Shown here: one piece after another, positions 1 through 12,445 of the stretch
Numbering within the stretch: the first letter of the stretch is position 1
Layout: the number at the start of each line of letters is the position of its first letter
Source of the DNA: Chiloscyllium plagiosum
Taxonomy: Eukaryota
Length of the DNA: 58,979 nt
Assembly (NCBI RefSeq): GCF_004010195.1
Contig: NC_057719.1
Location: forward strand, 91,805,369-91,864,347
Direction of reading: 5' to 3'
Notes under the pieces: generated by a model
Database searches by the model: none
What the model was told of the DNA's origin: nothing
The model's input: only the letters and a program-made list of their open reading frames with translations
Program-made: the position numbers and the translations under genes

Positions 1-236
1 GGAGAGGGTGAGAGGGGTGGAGAGGTTGAGGCGGTTAATGTCGCGGCGGCAGTTGGATATGAAGAGATCGAGGGCAGGTAAGAGGCCAGCACGGGGTGTC
101 CAGGTGGATGGGGTGTGTTGGAGGCGGGAGAAGGGGTCGTCAGAGGGTGGGCGAGAATCCTTGTTGAAGAAGTAGGCGCGGAGGCGAAGGCGGCGGAAGA
201 ATTGTTCGATGTCTCGCCGCGTGTTGAACTTGTTAA
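1..236 (-). mobile_element. Penelope-like element, N-terminal ORF fragment (runs off window start)
   Basis: Minus strand is open: NKFNTRRDIEQFFRRLRLRAYFFNKDSRPPSDDPFSRLQHTPSTWTPRAGLLPALDLFISNCRRDINRLNLS. FFRRLRL..YF is typical of the region preceding Penelope RT. Confidence 0.8.
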
Positions 237-564
237 ACTCGTTTTGTTTTAAACAAAAATCTATTTTCACCTTCTTGGATCCCTACAGTGTGGAAGCAGG
301 CCAAGTGGCCCAGTAAGTCCACACTGACCCTCCAAAGAGCATCCTTCCCAACTGAAATCACTGGAATAACCCATTGGATTTATCAGCATTTTAGATAGAG
401 AAATGATAGTGTTAGCATTTTGATGACAGGGTCCTGTTCCCCTCACTTACGATGTTAACAAGCCTATTATGTTTCCAATGCTGTTTACTTTCCTTTTTTT
501 GCAAATTGACTCAAGATATGAAGACAGGTTGTAAAGTCTAAGCTTGTATTTCTGAGAGTGTAGA

Positions 565-840
565 ACAGCACCAGAGACCCGGGTTCAATTCCCGCCTCAG
601 GTGACTGACTGTGTGGAGTTTGCACATTCTCCCCGTGTCTGCGTGGGTTTCCTCTGGGTGCTCCGGTTTCCTCCCACAGTCCAAAAATGTGCAGGTTAGC
701 ATGAATTGGCCATGCTAAATTGCCCGTAGTGTTATGTGAAGGGGTAACTGTGGGGAATGGGTCTGGGTGGGTTGCGCTTCGGCAGGTCGGTGTGGATATG
801 TTGGGCTGAAGGGCCTGTATCCACACTGTAAGTAAGTAAT
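565..840 (+). mobile_element. HE1-type V-SINE (5' truncated)
   Basis: B-box GGTTCAATTCC, V-domain TGTGGAGTTTGCA..TTCTCCCCGTGTCTGCGTGGGTTTCC, and LINE-derived tail GGGCTGAAGGGCCTG..CCACACTGTAAGTAA. Confidence 0.9.
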
Positions 841-1440
841 AAGAACAAGGAACAGAAATAGGCCATTCAGCCCCTTGAACCTGCTTTGCCATTTAATAGG
901 CTGGTCTTGTCTCAGCTTCAACTCCACTTACCTGTCTGCTGTCCATAACTCTTCAACTACTGATTAAAAATCTGTCTGCCTTTCTCCTCAAATTTATTCA
1001 ACCTTCCATTGAATTCCTCTGATTCACGACCCTTTGAGAGAAGTAATTTCTCCTCACCTCTGTTTTAAATCTGCTATCTTTTATGGGAAAATTATGACCT
1101 CTTACCTCGATTGCCCTACGTGAGGAAATATCCCTTCCACGTGTATTTTCTCAATCCCCTTTAGCATATACAGGTGCATACCTCAGTTAGATCTCCTCTC
1201 ATTCTTCTAAATTCCAGAGTAAATAGGCCTAAACAGCTCAACCTCTCTTCATAGTACAAACCCTTCAATTCTGGAATCAATCTGAACTGCCTCCAGGACA
1301 GCTATATACGTCCTCAAAATAAGGGAGCCGATATTGTATGCAGTATTCCAGGTGCAGCCTTGTATAATTGTAGCAGCACTTCCCTACTTTTATACTCAAT
1401 TTATATAGTAATAAATACCAAAATTCCATTTGCTTTGTGC
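841..1440 (-). mobile_element. CR1/HER1-like LINE 3' fragment (decayed)
   Basis: Begins aagaacaaggaacagaaataggccattcagccc (reverse of a CR1 3' end), followed by remnants of the RT C-terminus. Confidence 0.75.
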
Positions 1441-1869
1441 ATTCAGATACAAAGCCTTTACGTTTGTTCTGTTATCAAATTTCCCTACACTTCTTTGATT
1501 CCTTGGCGCAGAATGACACTCACACAAATCAGTCCCTTCCTTTTAGTTTCTGGTAACAATCAGCCTCATCACCAATCTGCATTCCTACCTTCTCCTTTAG
1601 CTACGCTTTTCTAATTTTCCATGCAAATTAATCCACAACCCCAATACATACCTCAGAGCCTCCACCACCCGCCTAGTTATGACATTCACAGGAATTATGG
1701 TCCCAACATGGTTCAGGTAGAACCCATCTCAACAGAACAGCTCTGACCTTCCCCAGTACTGGTGCTAATGTTCCATAAATTTGAACGTGTTTCTCCCACA
1801 TCAATCTTTGAACCACGCATTTGTCTCTTTAATCATATTGATTAAATCATATTGTCTCTTTAATCATAT

Positions 1870-2120
1870 CAATTCCCGCCTCAGGCGACTGACTGTCTGG
1901 AGTTTGCACGTTCTCCCCGTGTCTGCGTGGGTTTCCTCCGGGTGCTCCGGTTTCCTCCCACCATCCAAAGATGTGCAGGGTTAGGTGAATTGGCCATACT
2001 AAATTGCCCGTAGTGTTAGGTAAGGGGTAAATGTAGGGGTATGGGTGGGTTTCGCTTCGGCGGGTCGGTGTGGACTTGTTGGGCCGAAGGGCCTGTTTCC
2101 ACACTGTAATCTAATCTAAT
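1870..2120 (+). mobile_element. HE1-type V-SINE, young subfamily (5' truncated)
   Basis: V-domain and (TCTAA)n tail. Nearly identical to the copies at 18503-18824 and 38352-38663. Confidence 0.92.
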
Positions 2121-2123
2121 ACC

Positions 2124-2860
2124 ATGGCTCAGGAGATTATTACCTTTTTGGTTCTGCTTTCTAATTTAGCCTCTAGCTTCTCATATTTCCTCAAGAGGAC
2201 CTTTTTCCCCCATTCTATCACAATCGCTGGTACCTCCATTGACCATAACAAGTGGATATTTTCCTTCCTACTCCAAGTTCCTCTGCAGCCTAGAACGAGG
2301 TATCCTGAATCCGAGCACCAGATAGATAACCCAGCCTTTGGAACACCTTATCCTGGCCGCAGAGAACAAGTGGCTATGCCTGTAACTATTATTTCCCCAA
2401 ATGGAACTGCATTTCTCTTTTCTTCCCCTATAGATAGATATAGATTAGTGCTTTGGTCATTTTGCTCATCCTTTCTCCAGCCCCAGCTTCATCTGCACAG
2501 GGAATAAGAACCAGAAACCTGTTGGAAAGGACAAGGACTGAGGCTACTTCAGCACTACCTTCCAGATCCCTCCCTCTGCCTTGCTTGTAGTCACAGCCTC
2601 TTATCCCTGACCACTGACCAAATTTGAGGCATTACTTAATCTAAGGGGTGTGACTGCCACCTGAAACACAATGACCAAGTAACTCCTCCTTCTCCCTTAT
2701 TGGCACAGTGTTTGAAGCTCGCACTCCAGCTCATCAACTTTTAGCTGGAGTTCCTCAAGCAAACAACACTTGCTACAGATTTGGTCAATATGACCCACAG
2801 TGGGGTTCACTTGCTCCCACATCGTGCAACTAAAATGCATCACCTGGCCCTGCATCTCTA
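2124..2860 (-). mobile_element. CR1 LINE ORF1-region fragment
   Basis: Minus strand carries ELQLKVDELECELQTL-like coiled-coil remnants resembling the CR1 ORF1 piece at 32570-33170. Confidence 0.55.
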
Positions 2861-3932
2861 AATTATTTAATTAGATTTTTAAAAACTCCTACTGGTCTTT
2901 AATTACTTAATCTATAAAATATTTATCCTACTTATCTTTAATCTGAAAGCAATTTAAAAAGGTATTCAAATTAGCAGTTACTTACTGTGGAGATGAATGG
3001 AACCATGATACTGTCAGGCTGTTGCATTGTGTGAAGGAACAGGACATTCATCTGATTAAACTGTTTTCTAATTAGCATCCTTGTAACTAAATTAGTCCAT
3101 TTCCAGAAACATTGTAGTTTCTCATTTCTTAATCAGTGTCATTGTGCAGCATTACTATAAGACTGGTCTCACCCTCAGCTCTGGGAGGAGAAATCTGATC
3201 TACCTGTGCAGACTGTCAGTTCTATGTCAGCCTAGTCAATTTCTCGTCCAGCCATATCTCTTACAATAAACTGTTTGTCAATTACACTTCGAGCTTGTGA
3301 TCTCTAACCTATTTGGCAAATTTCTCCAACACTTACCAACGAACGAATTTAAGGCACTGGGACCATATGAGATGCATCCAATTAACTGAGGGAAGAGAGA
3401 ACAGAGGTTCCAAAGGCACTGGCCGTGCTTTTCTTGATTTTCTCGGAAGTGGTACCAGAGAACTGAAGAATTGTAGACATTACCCCCTTATTCAAAAAGG
3501 ACTGTGAAGATTGTTGAGCATTAGAAACGAAGCGTCACTGTTCCCAGGATCATCACAGAAGTTAAAGATTTTATAGAAATAAGCAAATTTCCCAATTTGC
3601 TTGACTTGCAGACCTAGATTGACTGAAAGCACAGTAAGCAGACTCTAGCCACGGGCAAACAATTATAAACCATTGATTTTCATTCGACTAATTCAAATTT
3701 TAATCGTCTTATAAATGCCCCCCTTGTACAAAGACAGGAAAAAACTTTCCTATAATGGACAGAGTGAAAACTGGGGAATTGGTTCAATGGTGTCTGATCG
3801 CAGGATCTGATGAGATGGTTATTATGCTGATCAGAAGGCTCCTCCATGGTCTGCCTTCAGATTTCACTGGTTTGCAGGAGGTACTGGGGGTCTGGTTCAC
3901 GCTTATAAAAGGTCTCCTATTTAATTAAAAGT

Positions 3933-4068
3933 GTCAGAAGTTACACAACACCAGGTTATAGTCCAACATATTTGAAACCACAAGCTTTCGGAGCACTGCC
4001 CCTTCATCAGGTCTATAACCTGGGGGTGTTGTGTAACTTCTGACCTTGTCCACCAACACTTCCACATC
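3933..4068 (-). mobile_element. Penelope-derived fold-back mini-element with hammerhead core
   Basis: Inverted repeat gtcagaagttacacaacaccaggttatag (3933-3961) / ctataacctgg..tgttgtgtaacttctgac (4013-4044) enclosing minus-strand CTGATGAAGGGGCAGTGCTCCGAAAGCTT. Confidence 0.75.
3982..4010 (-). ncRNA. Minimal type I hammerhead ribozyme motif (Penelope-type)
   Basis: CUGAUGA-A, stem II GGGGC/GCUCC with AGU loop, GAAA, palindromic AGCU stem III, CUU cleavage triplet. Stem I is only 2 bp in this copy. Confidence 0.6.
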
Positions 4069-4764
4069 TTAATTTAAGATCACAGCTGACAGTAACTGCT
4101 GAAGGAAGAATAAATTCAACCTTGAGGTGAGTTTTGCTATAGAGAATGGAGAGAGCTGCTGAGCTGGTGGATATCTGACAGCTTCTCACTATCTTGTTCT
4201 CAGCCCAAGCTATTCAACTACCTGAGAACTAATCACACTAGTTGTTGACAGGTGGAAGGCCTTTGTCATCGAGAACCGGTCATCAGTTCACAGACCAAGC
4301 AACTAATTATCATCAATCCAACCTCATTTTGTAAACATTCCTTGATGCCAATTTGTCTGCAACTGAACTTTCCGCACTGTTTGAACAAACAACAGTGAAA
4401 ACATAATTTACAATAGATGTGCTTATTGATAAAAAAGGCAGCAATTCCTTCCACAGTCCTGAAAAAGTCAATTTCCTGCTTCAATCAACAATCAAAAATC
4501 CAGAGAGATAAGATTAATATTCCTTATTAGTGAATATTAAGGGGGGTAGTTGGGGCATTAATCAAGCAGACTGCTTTGTTCTGAATGGCGTAGAGTGTTG
4601 AACTGCTTTCCTGTTCTCTCTCTCTTGGGTTGCTTTAAACACAGTCATTAGTTGTAACAACCGCAGAACCTTTGTCTTTAATAGGTTCATGTTACATGGA
4701 ATCTGACAGTAAAATTCCATTAGCATAATTAACTCCTCAAGGGAGTGCAGTCAGAGCCAAGCTT

Positions 4765-5200
4765 CTGGCAAAACAATAAGAGCCCATGGGGTCGGAGGGA
4801 GTATATTAGCATGGATAGAGAATTGGCTAATGGACAGGAAACAGCAATTGGAATATAAGGGATTATTTTTCAGGTTGGCCACCTGTAACCAGCGGGGTTC
4901 CACAGGATCAGTGCTGGGACCACAACTGTTCACAATATATGTTAATGACTTGGAGGAAGGAAGTAAATGTACTGTAGCCAAATTTGCAGATCACATAAAA
5001 ATAAGTGGAAAGGCAAGCTGCAAGATTGATGCACAGTTTACAGAGAGATATTGGTAGGTTAGGTAATTGGGCAAAACGTTGGCAAATGGACTATAAACGT
5101 GGGAACATGTAAAGTTGTTCATTTTGAAAGGGAGAGCAAAAAAACAGTCTTATTTAAATGGAGATACTGGGAGTGACTCTGAGGAAGTTGGCACCTATTG
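4765..5200 (+). mobile_element. CR1 LINE RT fragment
   Basis: GSVLGPQLFTIYVNDLEEG..VAKFADHIK (RT motifs, frameshifted). Confidence 0.85.
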
Positions 5201-5530
5201 TACAAACCAGATGGGTTACATCCAAACAGAGCTTGGTCTGAGGTTCTTGAAGTGGTTTCTGCTTGTGGCGTCAGGAAGGCTTTAAACTAACTTTGCAGGG
5301 CGTGTGGGAAACAAGAGAAAGCTGTAACATAGAACAGTATAACACAGTACATCCCTCGATGTTGTGCCAACCTGTTATCCTACTCTAAGATCAGACTAAC
5401 CTACTTACACTACATTCTACTATCATCCATGTGCATATCCAAGAGTCACTTAAATGTCCCTAATGTATCTGACTCTACCACCACTGCTGGCAGTGCATTC
5501 CACAGACCCACCACTTTCAGTGTAAATAAT

Positions 5531-6186
5531 TGTCATGGAGAAAATGTTGAGAATAACCAGGAGATGCAGAGAGTTCTTCAAGAAGTAGGTCTTTTATTTG
5601 CAAACAAAAAACCGTGACACTGAGAAAGCAGATTCTCGAATGCCCCCGACCCTCAGGGTCTGTGGATTTTTATATTTTTTTTATCATATTTCTGTTAGCT
5701 TATCAGCATGTCAAAGTACCTCACTCTAGCTACACAATAAACCAGTGATGTTAGTTCCCATTATCTCTTTAGTTGTACATTCTACTTAATGTTATTCTAA
5801 TGTCACAGTTAGATATTTATTGTCACCTCTGCTACACTGATCTTCCATTCCAGACTAACCTGTCATGATAGCTATTTAGCTATTCCATCTATTACAATAG
5901 TCTCCTGTCTCAATCTGACTCTACTAACTATTAATTAGATATTTTAATGTCATGTCCCAAATACTTATGGTCCCAATCCTGTCATAATGACACTAAACAG
6001 GGAAACTCGCTCTACTAACTGTTATCTCATCTCATCATAGCGACCTTTCAGCCTTAACCTTTGCTAATTGGTGTAAGAGCATTCCACTATTCTTATCTCA
6101 TCCTGCCTTCCCCAGACCGCAGATTGCCAGTGGGCTTCATGCTTTAACCCCTCCCATGCTTTCTTGCTCTTTATTTTCCATATAAC
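5531..6186 (-). mobile_element. Putative solo LTR
   Basis: About 650-bp AT-rich insert splitting a CR1. Imperfect inverted ends (tgtcatggagaaaat / attttccatataac). On the minus strand a TATA-like box (~5670) precedes AATAAA (~5595), about 60 nt before a terminal CA. No clean TSD. Confidence 0.5.
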
Positions 6187-7051
6187 CTACCTCTGACGTC
6201 TCCTCTAAACCTTTCTCCAATCACTTTAAAATGATGCCCCCTTATGATAGCCATTTCCGCCTTGGGAAAATATCTCTGGCTATCCAGTCTATCTATCTGC
6301 CTCTTGTACACCTCTATCAAGTCACCTCTCAGCCTCCTTCACTTCAATGAGAAAAACCCGAGCTCCATCAACCTTTCTTTATAAGACATGCCCTCCAGTC
6401 CAGGCAGCATCCTGTTAAATCTCCTCTGCACTCTCTCTAAAACTTCCACCTCTTTCCTATAATGAGGTGACCAGAACTGAACACAATATTCAAGTGTGGT
6501 CTAACCAGGATTCTATAGAGCTGCAGCATAACCTCGCGGCTCTTTAACTCAATCCCTCTGATAATGAAAGCCAACACACCATACACCTCCTTAACAACCC
6601 TATCAACCTGGGATGGCAACTTTGAGGGATCTATGGATATGGACCCCAAGATCACTCGGTTTCTCCACACTGCCAAGAATCCTGCCTTTAACCCTGTATT
6701 CTGTATTCAAATTCAACCTTCCAAAGTGAATGACCTCTCACTTTTCCAGGTTGAACTCCATCTGCCACTTATCAACCCAGTTTTGCATCCTGTCAATGTC
6801 TTTTTGCAACAACCCTCCACACTACCCACAATTCCACCAACCTCATCGGCAAACTCACTAACCCACCCTTCCACTTCCTCATCCAAGTCATTTATAAAAA
6901 TCACAAAGAGCAGAGGTCCCAGAACCGATCCCTGCGGAACACCATGGGTTACCAAGCTCCAAGCTGAATACTTTCCATCTAACCCCCTGTCTTCTATAGG
7001 ACAGCTAATTCTGTATCCAGACAGTCAAATTTCCCTGTATCCCATGCCTCC

Positions 7052-7372
7052 TTAGATGAGATTAGATTACTTAGTGTGGAAACAGGCCCTTCGGCCCAAC
7101 AAGTCCATACTAACCCTCTGAAGAGCAACTCACCCAGACTCATTCCCCTACATTTACCCCTTCACCTAACACTACTGGCAATTTAGCATGGCCAATTTAC
7201 CTAACCTGCACATTTTTGGACCGTGGGAGGAAACCGGAGCACCCGGAGGAAACCCACGCAGACACAGGGAGAATGTGCAAACTCCACACAGACAGTTGCC
7301 TGAGGCAGGAATTGAACCCGTGTCTCTGGCACTGTGAGGCAGCAGTGCTAACCACTGTGCCACCGTGCTGCC
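7052..7372 (-). mobile_element. HE1-type V-SINE (full length)
   Basis: tRNA-like head GGCAGCACGGTGGCACAGTGGTTAGCACTG, V-domain and TCTAA tail on the minus strand. Confidence 0.92.
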
Positions 7373-7639
7373 ATACTTTCTGAATGAGCCTACCATGGAG
7401 AACCTTATCAAATGCCTTGCTAAAATCCATGTGCATCACATCCACTGTTCTATCTTCATCAAGATGTTTTGTCACATCCTCAACCAATTCAAAAAGGCTT
7501 GTGGTGCATGACCTGCCACTCACAAAGCCACAAAACCATACAGGAGAAGACTAGGGTTTGCAAAATACTTAGTTGGCATGAGCATGGAGAATAGTAGGTT
7601 AATAAGTGAAGTCAGAGTAAGGGTTAAAAAGGAAAAATG

Positions 7640-8280
7640 GAGGAAACATTTATTTATGTGAATGCATGAAGTATAATAAATAAGATTGGGGAGTTACAGA
7701 TGCAGATTGCTGCACAAAATTATGATGTTGTAATAACAGAGACCTGGCCCAGGAAAGGACAGGACTGGGTGTTAAATATGTCTAGGCCCAAGGTCTTCAG
7801 GAAAGGCAGAGAGGTTACAGTGTTGGTTAATGAGGGTATTGAATTGCTGACTGGATAGATTAGATATGAAGAAACTGTTCCTGCCCTCATAAAAGGAAGA
7901 GGGCGTAGATTTAAAGTAAGATGCAAAAGAAGCCAGGGTGGAGTGAGGAAAAAGTTTTCTCTTCACCTCAGCTCTAGTAGAGAGTCTTAGACTCGATGTT
8001 AGCTGGCTTTCTCTCCATGGATGCTGCCTGACCCGCTGTGATCTACACCATTTTTTGCTTTCAAACTATTTTCACTCAGTGCGTGATTGAGATATGGATT
8101 GCACTGGCTGAAAATGTGGCGGAGACAGGTTTAATTGAGGAATTCAAGAGAGTAGTGGATGATCATTTGGATAAAAATAATGTGCAAGGGTTTGGGGAAA
8201 GAGCAGGAGATTGGCACTAGTTAATAGAATAGATGCAGGCATGATGGACTGAATGGCCTCCTTCTGCACCATAACAATTA
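7640..8280 (+). mobile_element. Decayed CR1 fragments (endonuclease start plus 3' end) with Penelope-type insert ~7965-8065
   Basis: YVNA*SIINKIGEL..YDVVITETW..QDWVLN endonuclease remnant, then FTQCVIEIWIAL..GLIEEFKR C-terminus and gaatggcctccttctg tail. Confidence 0.7.
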
Positions 8281-9243
8281 AGTGATAATTATTTAGTATC
8301 AAATTCAGAATTCACACATATGAACTCAGCAATCACTCTGAACAATTCCAGTTGCACCACCGCAAACATAGTTCACTCAAATCATTTGTACCAATTTTAC
8401 TCTTTGATCTGTACATTCTGGACAAACTAACACTAAAGTACAATGCAGACTTGAGATAACATGGAGCCGAGAAGGTATACTCATCCCAGACTTATACTTT
8501 CCAGCTTCTGTTCAGCAGAGTAAGCACTTTTTTAAAACTCGTATGTGTTGTTTGCATGAATGATGAGTTCACTAAGATACGCAGCTAGTGTGAACTCAGA
8601 TTCCCACATTGAGCTTCTTGAGTGTTGCTGGAGGTGTACTCATCCATCAGACGCCTGACTTGTGTCTTATAGAGAAGTCACAAGTCAAGTAATTTTCCAC
8701 AGAATTCCCAGCCTCATGTGCTATTGGGTGACTCAGGAATATTGCTACCATTGAAAGTCCAGGAACAATGGTTAGAATCTCTTTTGTTAAGCTGGTTTTT
8801 GCCTGGCTCAAGTGGAATGCAAGTGTTACGTGTAATGTATTGGGAATTCTCTCCCAAAAAGCTGTTGAGGTTTTGGGTGCGAGAGTCATAGAGTCCAGCC
8901 CTTTGGCCCAAACTAGTCCATGCCAACCAAAAATGTTTGTCCATACTAACCCCATTTCCCTGCACTTGGTCATTTCAAAATTTCAGTGCAGACAGCTTTT
9001 TGTTCGGTGTTGGACTATTGTTTACAAAAAGTTAACAATTCTGGAACTACTGAGTCAAATAGATGGATTTCAACATGGATCAGCCATGACCAAATGAACA
9101 GTGGCATAGACTTGAGGAGCTAAATGTTCTAATTGTGCTCCCATGCTCCTCTAAATGTTCAAATATGTTTAAAGAGGTGAGAGAGGAGCACACTTTATTT
9201 GAATTTTTCAGCTTTGTAATTGGAACTTTTCTATACTTTACAG

Positions 9244-9366
9244 CTCTGCTATTGCATACCTGTGTGGACACCTGCACACTCTGGGCGGCCTCATGCCTGT
9301 TCTGCACAGCAGGAACACCGAAGGGACACTGGAACTGGAGCTTGGTGACTGGATGGACAACCGGAA
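9244..9366 (+). CDS. TMEM62: TMEM62 internal coding exon (metallophosphoesterase GHxH motif)
   Basis: Acceptor tttacag at 9243 and donor gttggt at 9367. Translates SAIAYLCGHLHTLGGLMPVLHSRNTEGTLELELGDWMDNR(K), matching recalled vertebrate TMEM62 (SAIAYLCGHLHTLGGLMPVLHTRH..GTLELEVGDWKDNR). 123 nt, phase 2/2. Confidence 0.95.
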
Positions 9367-9629
9367 GTTGGTATCTTTGAAATAACATCTACAATAGTGC
9401 ATGAGAAAAACTTTGGGTTCTGACAGGTGTTGTAATTAAATGTTGAATGTGTTGATTTGGTAATAGTTTAGAGTTTCTAATGTTCTGGGATTTTGTGTAT
9501 TTACTGAGTATCAAACAGGGTCAACTCTGGTTCATTTTGTTAGTTTTGTTTTTGTTTATTTATTCCCAATTGAAGCACAGAAGCCGCCTGCCTCTCGTGC
9601 CTTAGTCAACCTGTCCACCCAAAGAATCC

Positions 9630-10490
9630 CTATTGTGCAGAAAGAGGCCATTGGGTTTCCACCAACCCTGTGAAGAACATCCTACCCAGACTGAACCTTA
9701 CCCTCGTAACCCCTCATTTGAGCATGGCCAATCCACCTAACCTACATATCTTTGGACTGTGGGAGGAAACCGGAGCACCTGGGAGAACGCACACAGACAC
9801 AGGGAGGATGTGCAAATTTTATACAGACAGTTCGGAGTTGGGATGTCATGTTGCGGCTGTACAGGACATTGGTTAGGTCACTTCTGGAATATCGCCTGCA
9901 ATTCTGGTCTCTTTCCTATCGGAATGATGTTGTGAAACTTGAACGGGTTCAGAAGGATGTTGCCAGAGTTGGAGGATTTGAGCTATAGGGAGAGGCTGAA
10001 CAGACTGGGGCTGTTTTCCCTGGAGCGTCAGAGGCTGCAGGGTGACCTTACAGAGGTTTATAAAATCATGAGGGGCATGGATAGGGTAAATAGACAAGGT
10101 CTTTTCCCTGAGGTGGGGGAGTCCAGAACTAAAGGGCGTAGATTTAAAGTGAGAGGGGAAAGATATAAAAGGAACCTACGGGGCACCTTTTTCACGCAAA
10201 GGGTTGTGCATGTTTGGAATGAGCTGCCAGAGGATGTGGTGGAGGCTGGTACAATAGCAACATTTGGATGGGTATGTGAATAGGAAGGGTTTAGAAGGAT
10301 ATGGGCCAAATGCTGGCAAATGGGACTGGATTAGGTTAGGATATCTGGGTAGCATGGATGAGTTGGATCAAAGGGTCTGTTTCCATGCTGTTTATCTCTA
10401 TACCTATGACTATGATTTACCTAAGACTGAAATCAAACCCGGTTCCCGGATGCTGTCAGTCAGAAGTGCTAACCACTGAGCCACTCTACC
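9630..10490 (-). mobile_element. Old V-SINE split by CR1 insertion
   Basis: SINE minus-strand body 9630-9831 and tRNA-head remnant 10420-10490 flank the CR1 insert. Confidence 0.7.
9832..10415 (+). mobile_element. CR1/HER1-like LINE 3' end
   Basis: LYRTLVRSLLEY, ERLNRLGLFSLE..RGDLTEVYKIMRG, FFTQRVVHVWNELP, and a (CTATGA)n tail. Confidence 0.9.
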
Positions 10491-10718
10491 ATCTGTCTTG
10501 ACAACCTCAATTATATTTGGTTTCTCTTTTGGGCCAGTTGTGATTGATGGCATTTATGCTGTCCGTTTTGGGCAGACAACAAATGATTTGCTGATTCAGA
10601 GCTGCACTGTTTCACATGGCATTTCAGCCATTTTGTATGGTATTAAGTACACGGCACAGGATCCGCTGTGACCCCAGTGAGATCAGTTGAGAGTCATGTG
10701 GATTGGAACTTGCTTATA

Positions 10719-11054
10719 GAGGTAGACGACCATTTATCTGAAATCCGAAAAGCTCTGAAAACCAAAGGCTTTCTCGTGAAGCTTTTTTCTCATTAACAAG
10801 ATTGTTTGGCGTGCAGTTAACCTAACTCCACACCAATCCATGCATGCCACTCAGATATGGCCTGGGTGGGCATGGCTCAGCACTGGCAAGCCTAAACTCT
10901 ATCTCAGGGCCCGTAGTACTCACAGTAAGTCTACTGTTCAGTAAGACTTTTTGAAATTTCACCATCAAACTGTCGCTTATTCTGAAATTTGAAAAATTCC
11001 AAATTCTGAAAACCAGCTGGTCCAGAGCATTTTGGATAAAGGATTGTTTACTTG
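10719..11054. mobile_element. Tc1/mariner Tigger4/MER46-like MITE
   Basis: TA..TA flanks, imperfect TIRs gaggtagacgaccatttatctgaaat / attttggataaaggattgtttacttg, and internal (T)CTGAAA repeats. Confidence 0.65.
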
Positions 11055-12445
11055 TATAAGTATAAACTGAAAGACAAATTCTAAAAGAACAATGAAAGAA
11101 TCCCACACTTTGGGGAAAGTATGAATTTGAGTTGGAGGTGGTACACTGAGCTGATTCCCATTTAGTGGGGATCCAAGCAGAAGAGTCAGAGTTTGGAAAT
11201 GAGAAGGAGCAACCTTCAGATGACTTCACGAGTATTGGTGCTTACTGGGGCTACACCTCTCTCGGCACTGGACACCTTCTGATCCAGGAGCTATCATTCA
11301 GGTTGGTGGGGTGGGCTTGGGGTAGGAGGAGTAAAGGTAACCAGGATGATGAGAACAAACAGCGAGGAGCATCTCGAGGTGCTTGACCAGGCAGAGACGC
11401 AGAGTGATGGACTTCTGAAGAGCGATGATGGTACGGAGCATGAGCAGTGTGTTGCGGCTGGAATGGAGGGGTCAGAGTTTGAAAGGGGCAAGGCAGTGAA
11501 CATTTTTGGAATTCTGGCAAGTAAGCAGAGGAAGTTATGTGCTATGTTACAAAGGTTGGAAAAAAAGGAACATTTAAAAGGAAATAAGGTATGGCATTGA
11601 GCAGTGCATAGTGATTTAAGACCTTTGATCTCAACCTGAGGTGCAGCCAAGGAGAGAGATGGAGTCAATTAAATGAGATCTGCTCAGGATAAATACTGGA
11701 GCAAAGCAAATTAGCATCAACTGTAGTAAAATCTCACAAGGCGCTTCACAGGAACATTATTAAGCAAAATTAGACATGGAATAATGTGGGACAGTATTCC
11801 AGGGACCAGAGTTTGTTTTATTATTTAATTTGAGAGATGTGGGTATCGATGGCTAAGTCAACATTTATTGTCACCTTGAAGGTGATGTTTAAGCCGTCAT
11901 CTTGAACAATGTGGTTCAAAGTTGGTCAAAGCTGATTGAAGAAGTGTATTTTGTAAATATTTAACATGGGAGGGGAGGGGAGGCATGGAAAGTGTAACCT
12001 TAGTGTCTCCCAAAGTGAAGTGTATGGATCCAGGAGGAGAAATCATCTGAAGCATTGTAGTACAGACAGGGATGATATCAGGAATAAGCAGTGTCACAGA
12101 CAAACTTAGAAAGAGAGATATCTCAGGAGAAGGATTGAATGGAAGTAACACTGATGACAGCAGAGGTGATGGGGATAAAAGGTACACAGAATTGCATGAA
12201 CTGAACCCAGCAGAAACCAATCAGTACCTGCAGTTGTAACCAGCTAATTCATTATAGATCAGGAATCAAACATGAACCTGTCGTATCTGTAATTAAGTAG
12301 GTCATTGAAGTGTAGTCACTGCATTTGAGGAGAGGTATACATCCTCTGGTCATACTTAAAGTGAGTTTTGTATGGGTTTGTTTAAACTGAGCGGCGTTAT
12401 CCTGTTCATAAATGTTGTGCATCTTTGTTGCTTGTATTTTGGTAG

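Larger units (their letters stand above)
5325..7530 (-). mobile_element. CR1 LINE 3' portion, interrupted by LTR-like insert (5531-6186) and SINE (7052-7372)
   Basis: [37 protein letters not shown] motifs. Reverse-oriented 3' end with aacatagaac at ~5330. Confidence 0.88.

Noticed and set aside
485..892. Recurring ORFs such as HIFGLWEETGAPGGNPRRHGENVQTP (also 1847, 18452, 38371, 58618)
   Set aside because: These are chance translations of non-coding V-SINE copies, not a gene family.
2860..9240. Search for the preceding TMEM62 exon (WFGH motif)
   Set aside because: Not found by eye; presumed upstream of the window.
11165..11668. Acidic or low-complexity ORFs on both strands
   Set aside because: No recognisable domain or splice-phase fit to TMEM62; possibly a decayed DNA transposon, but unsupported.
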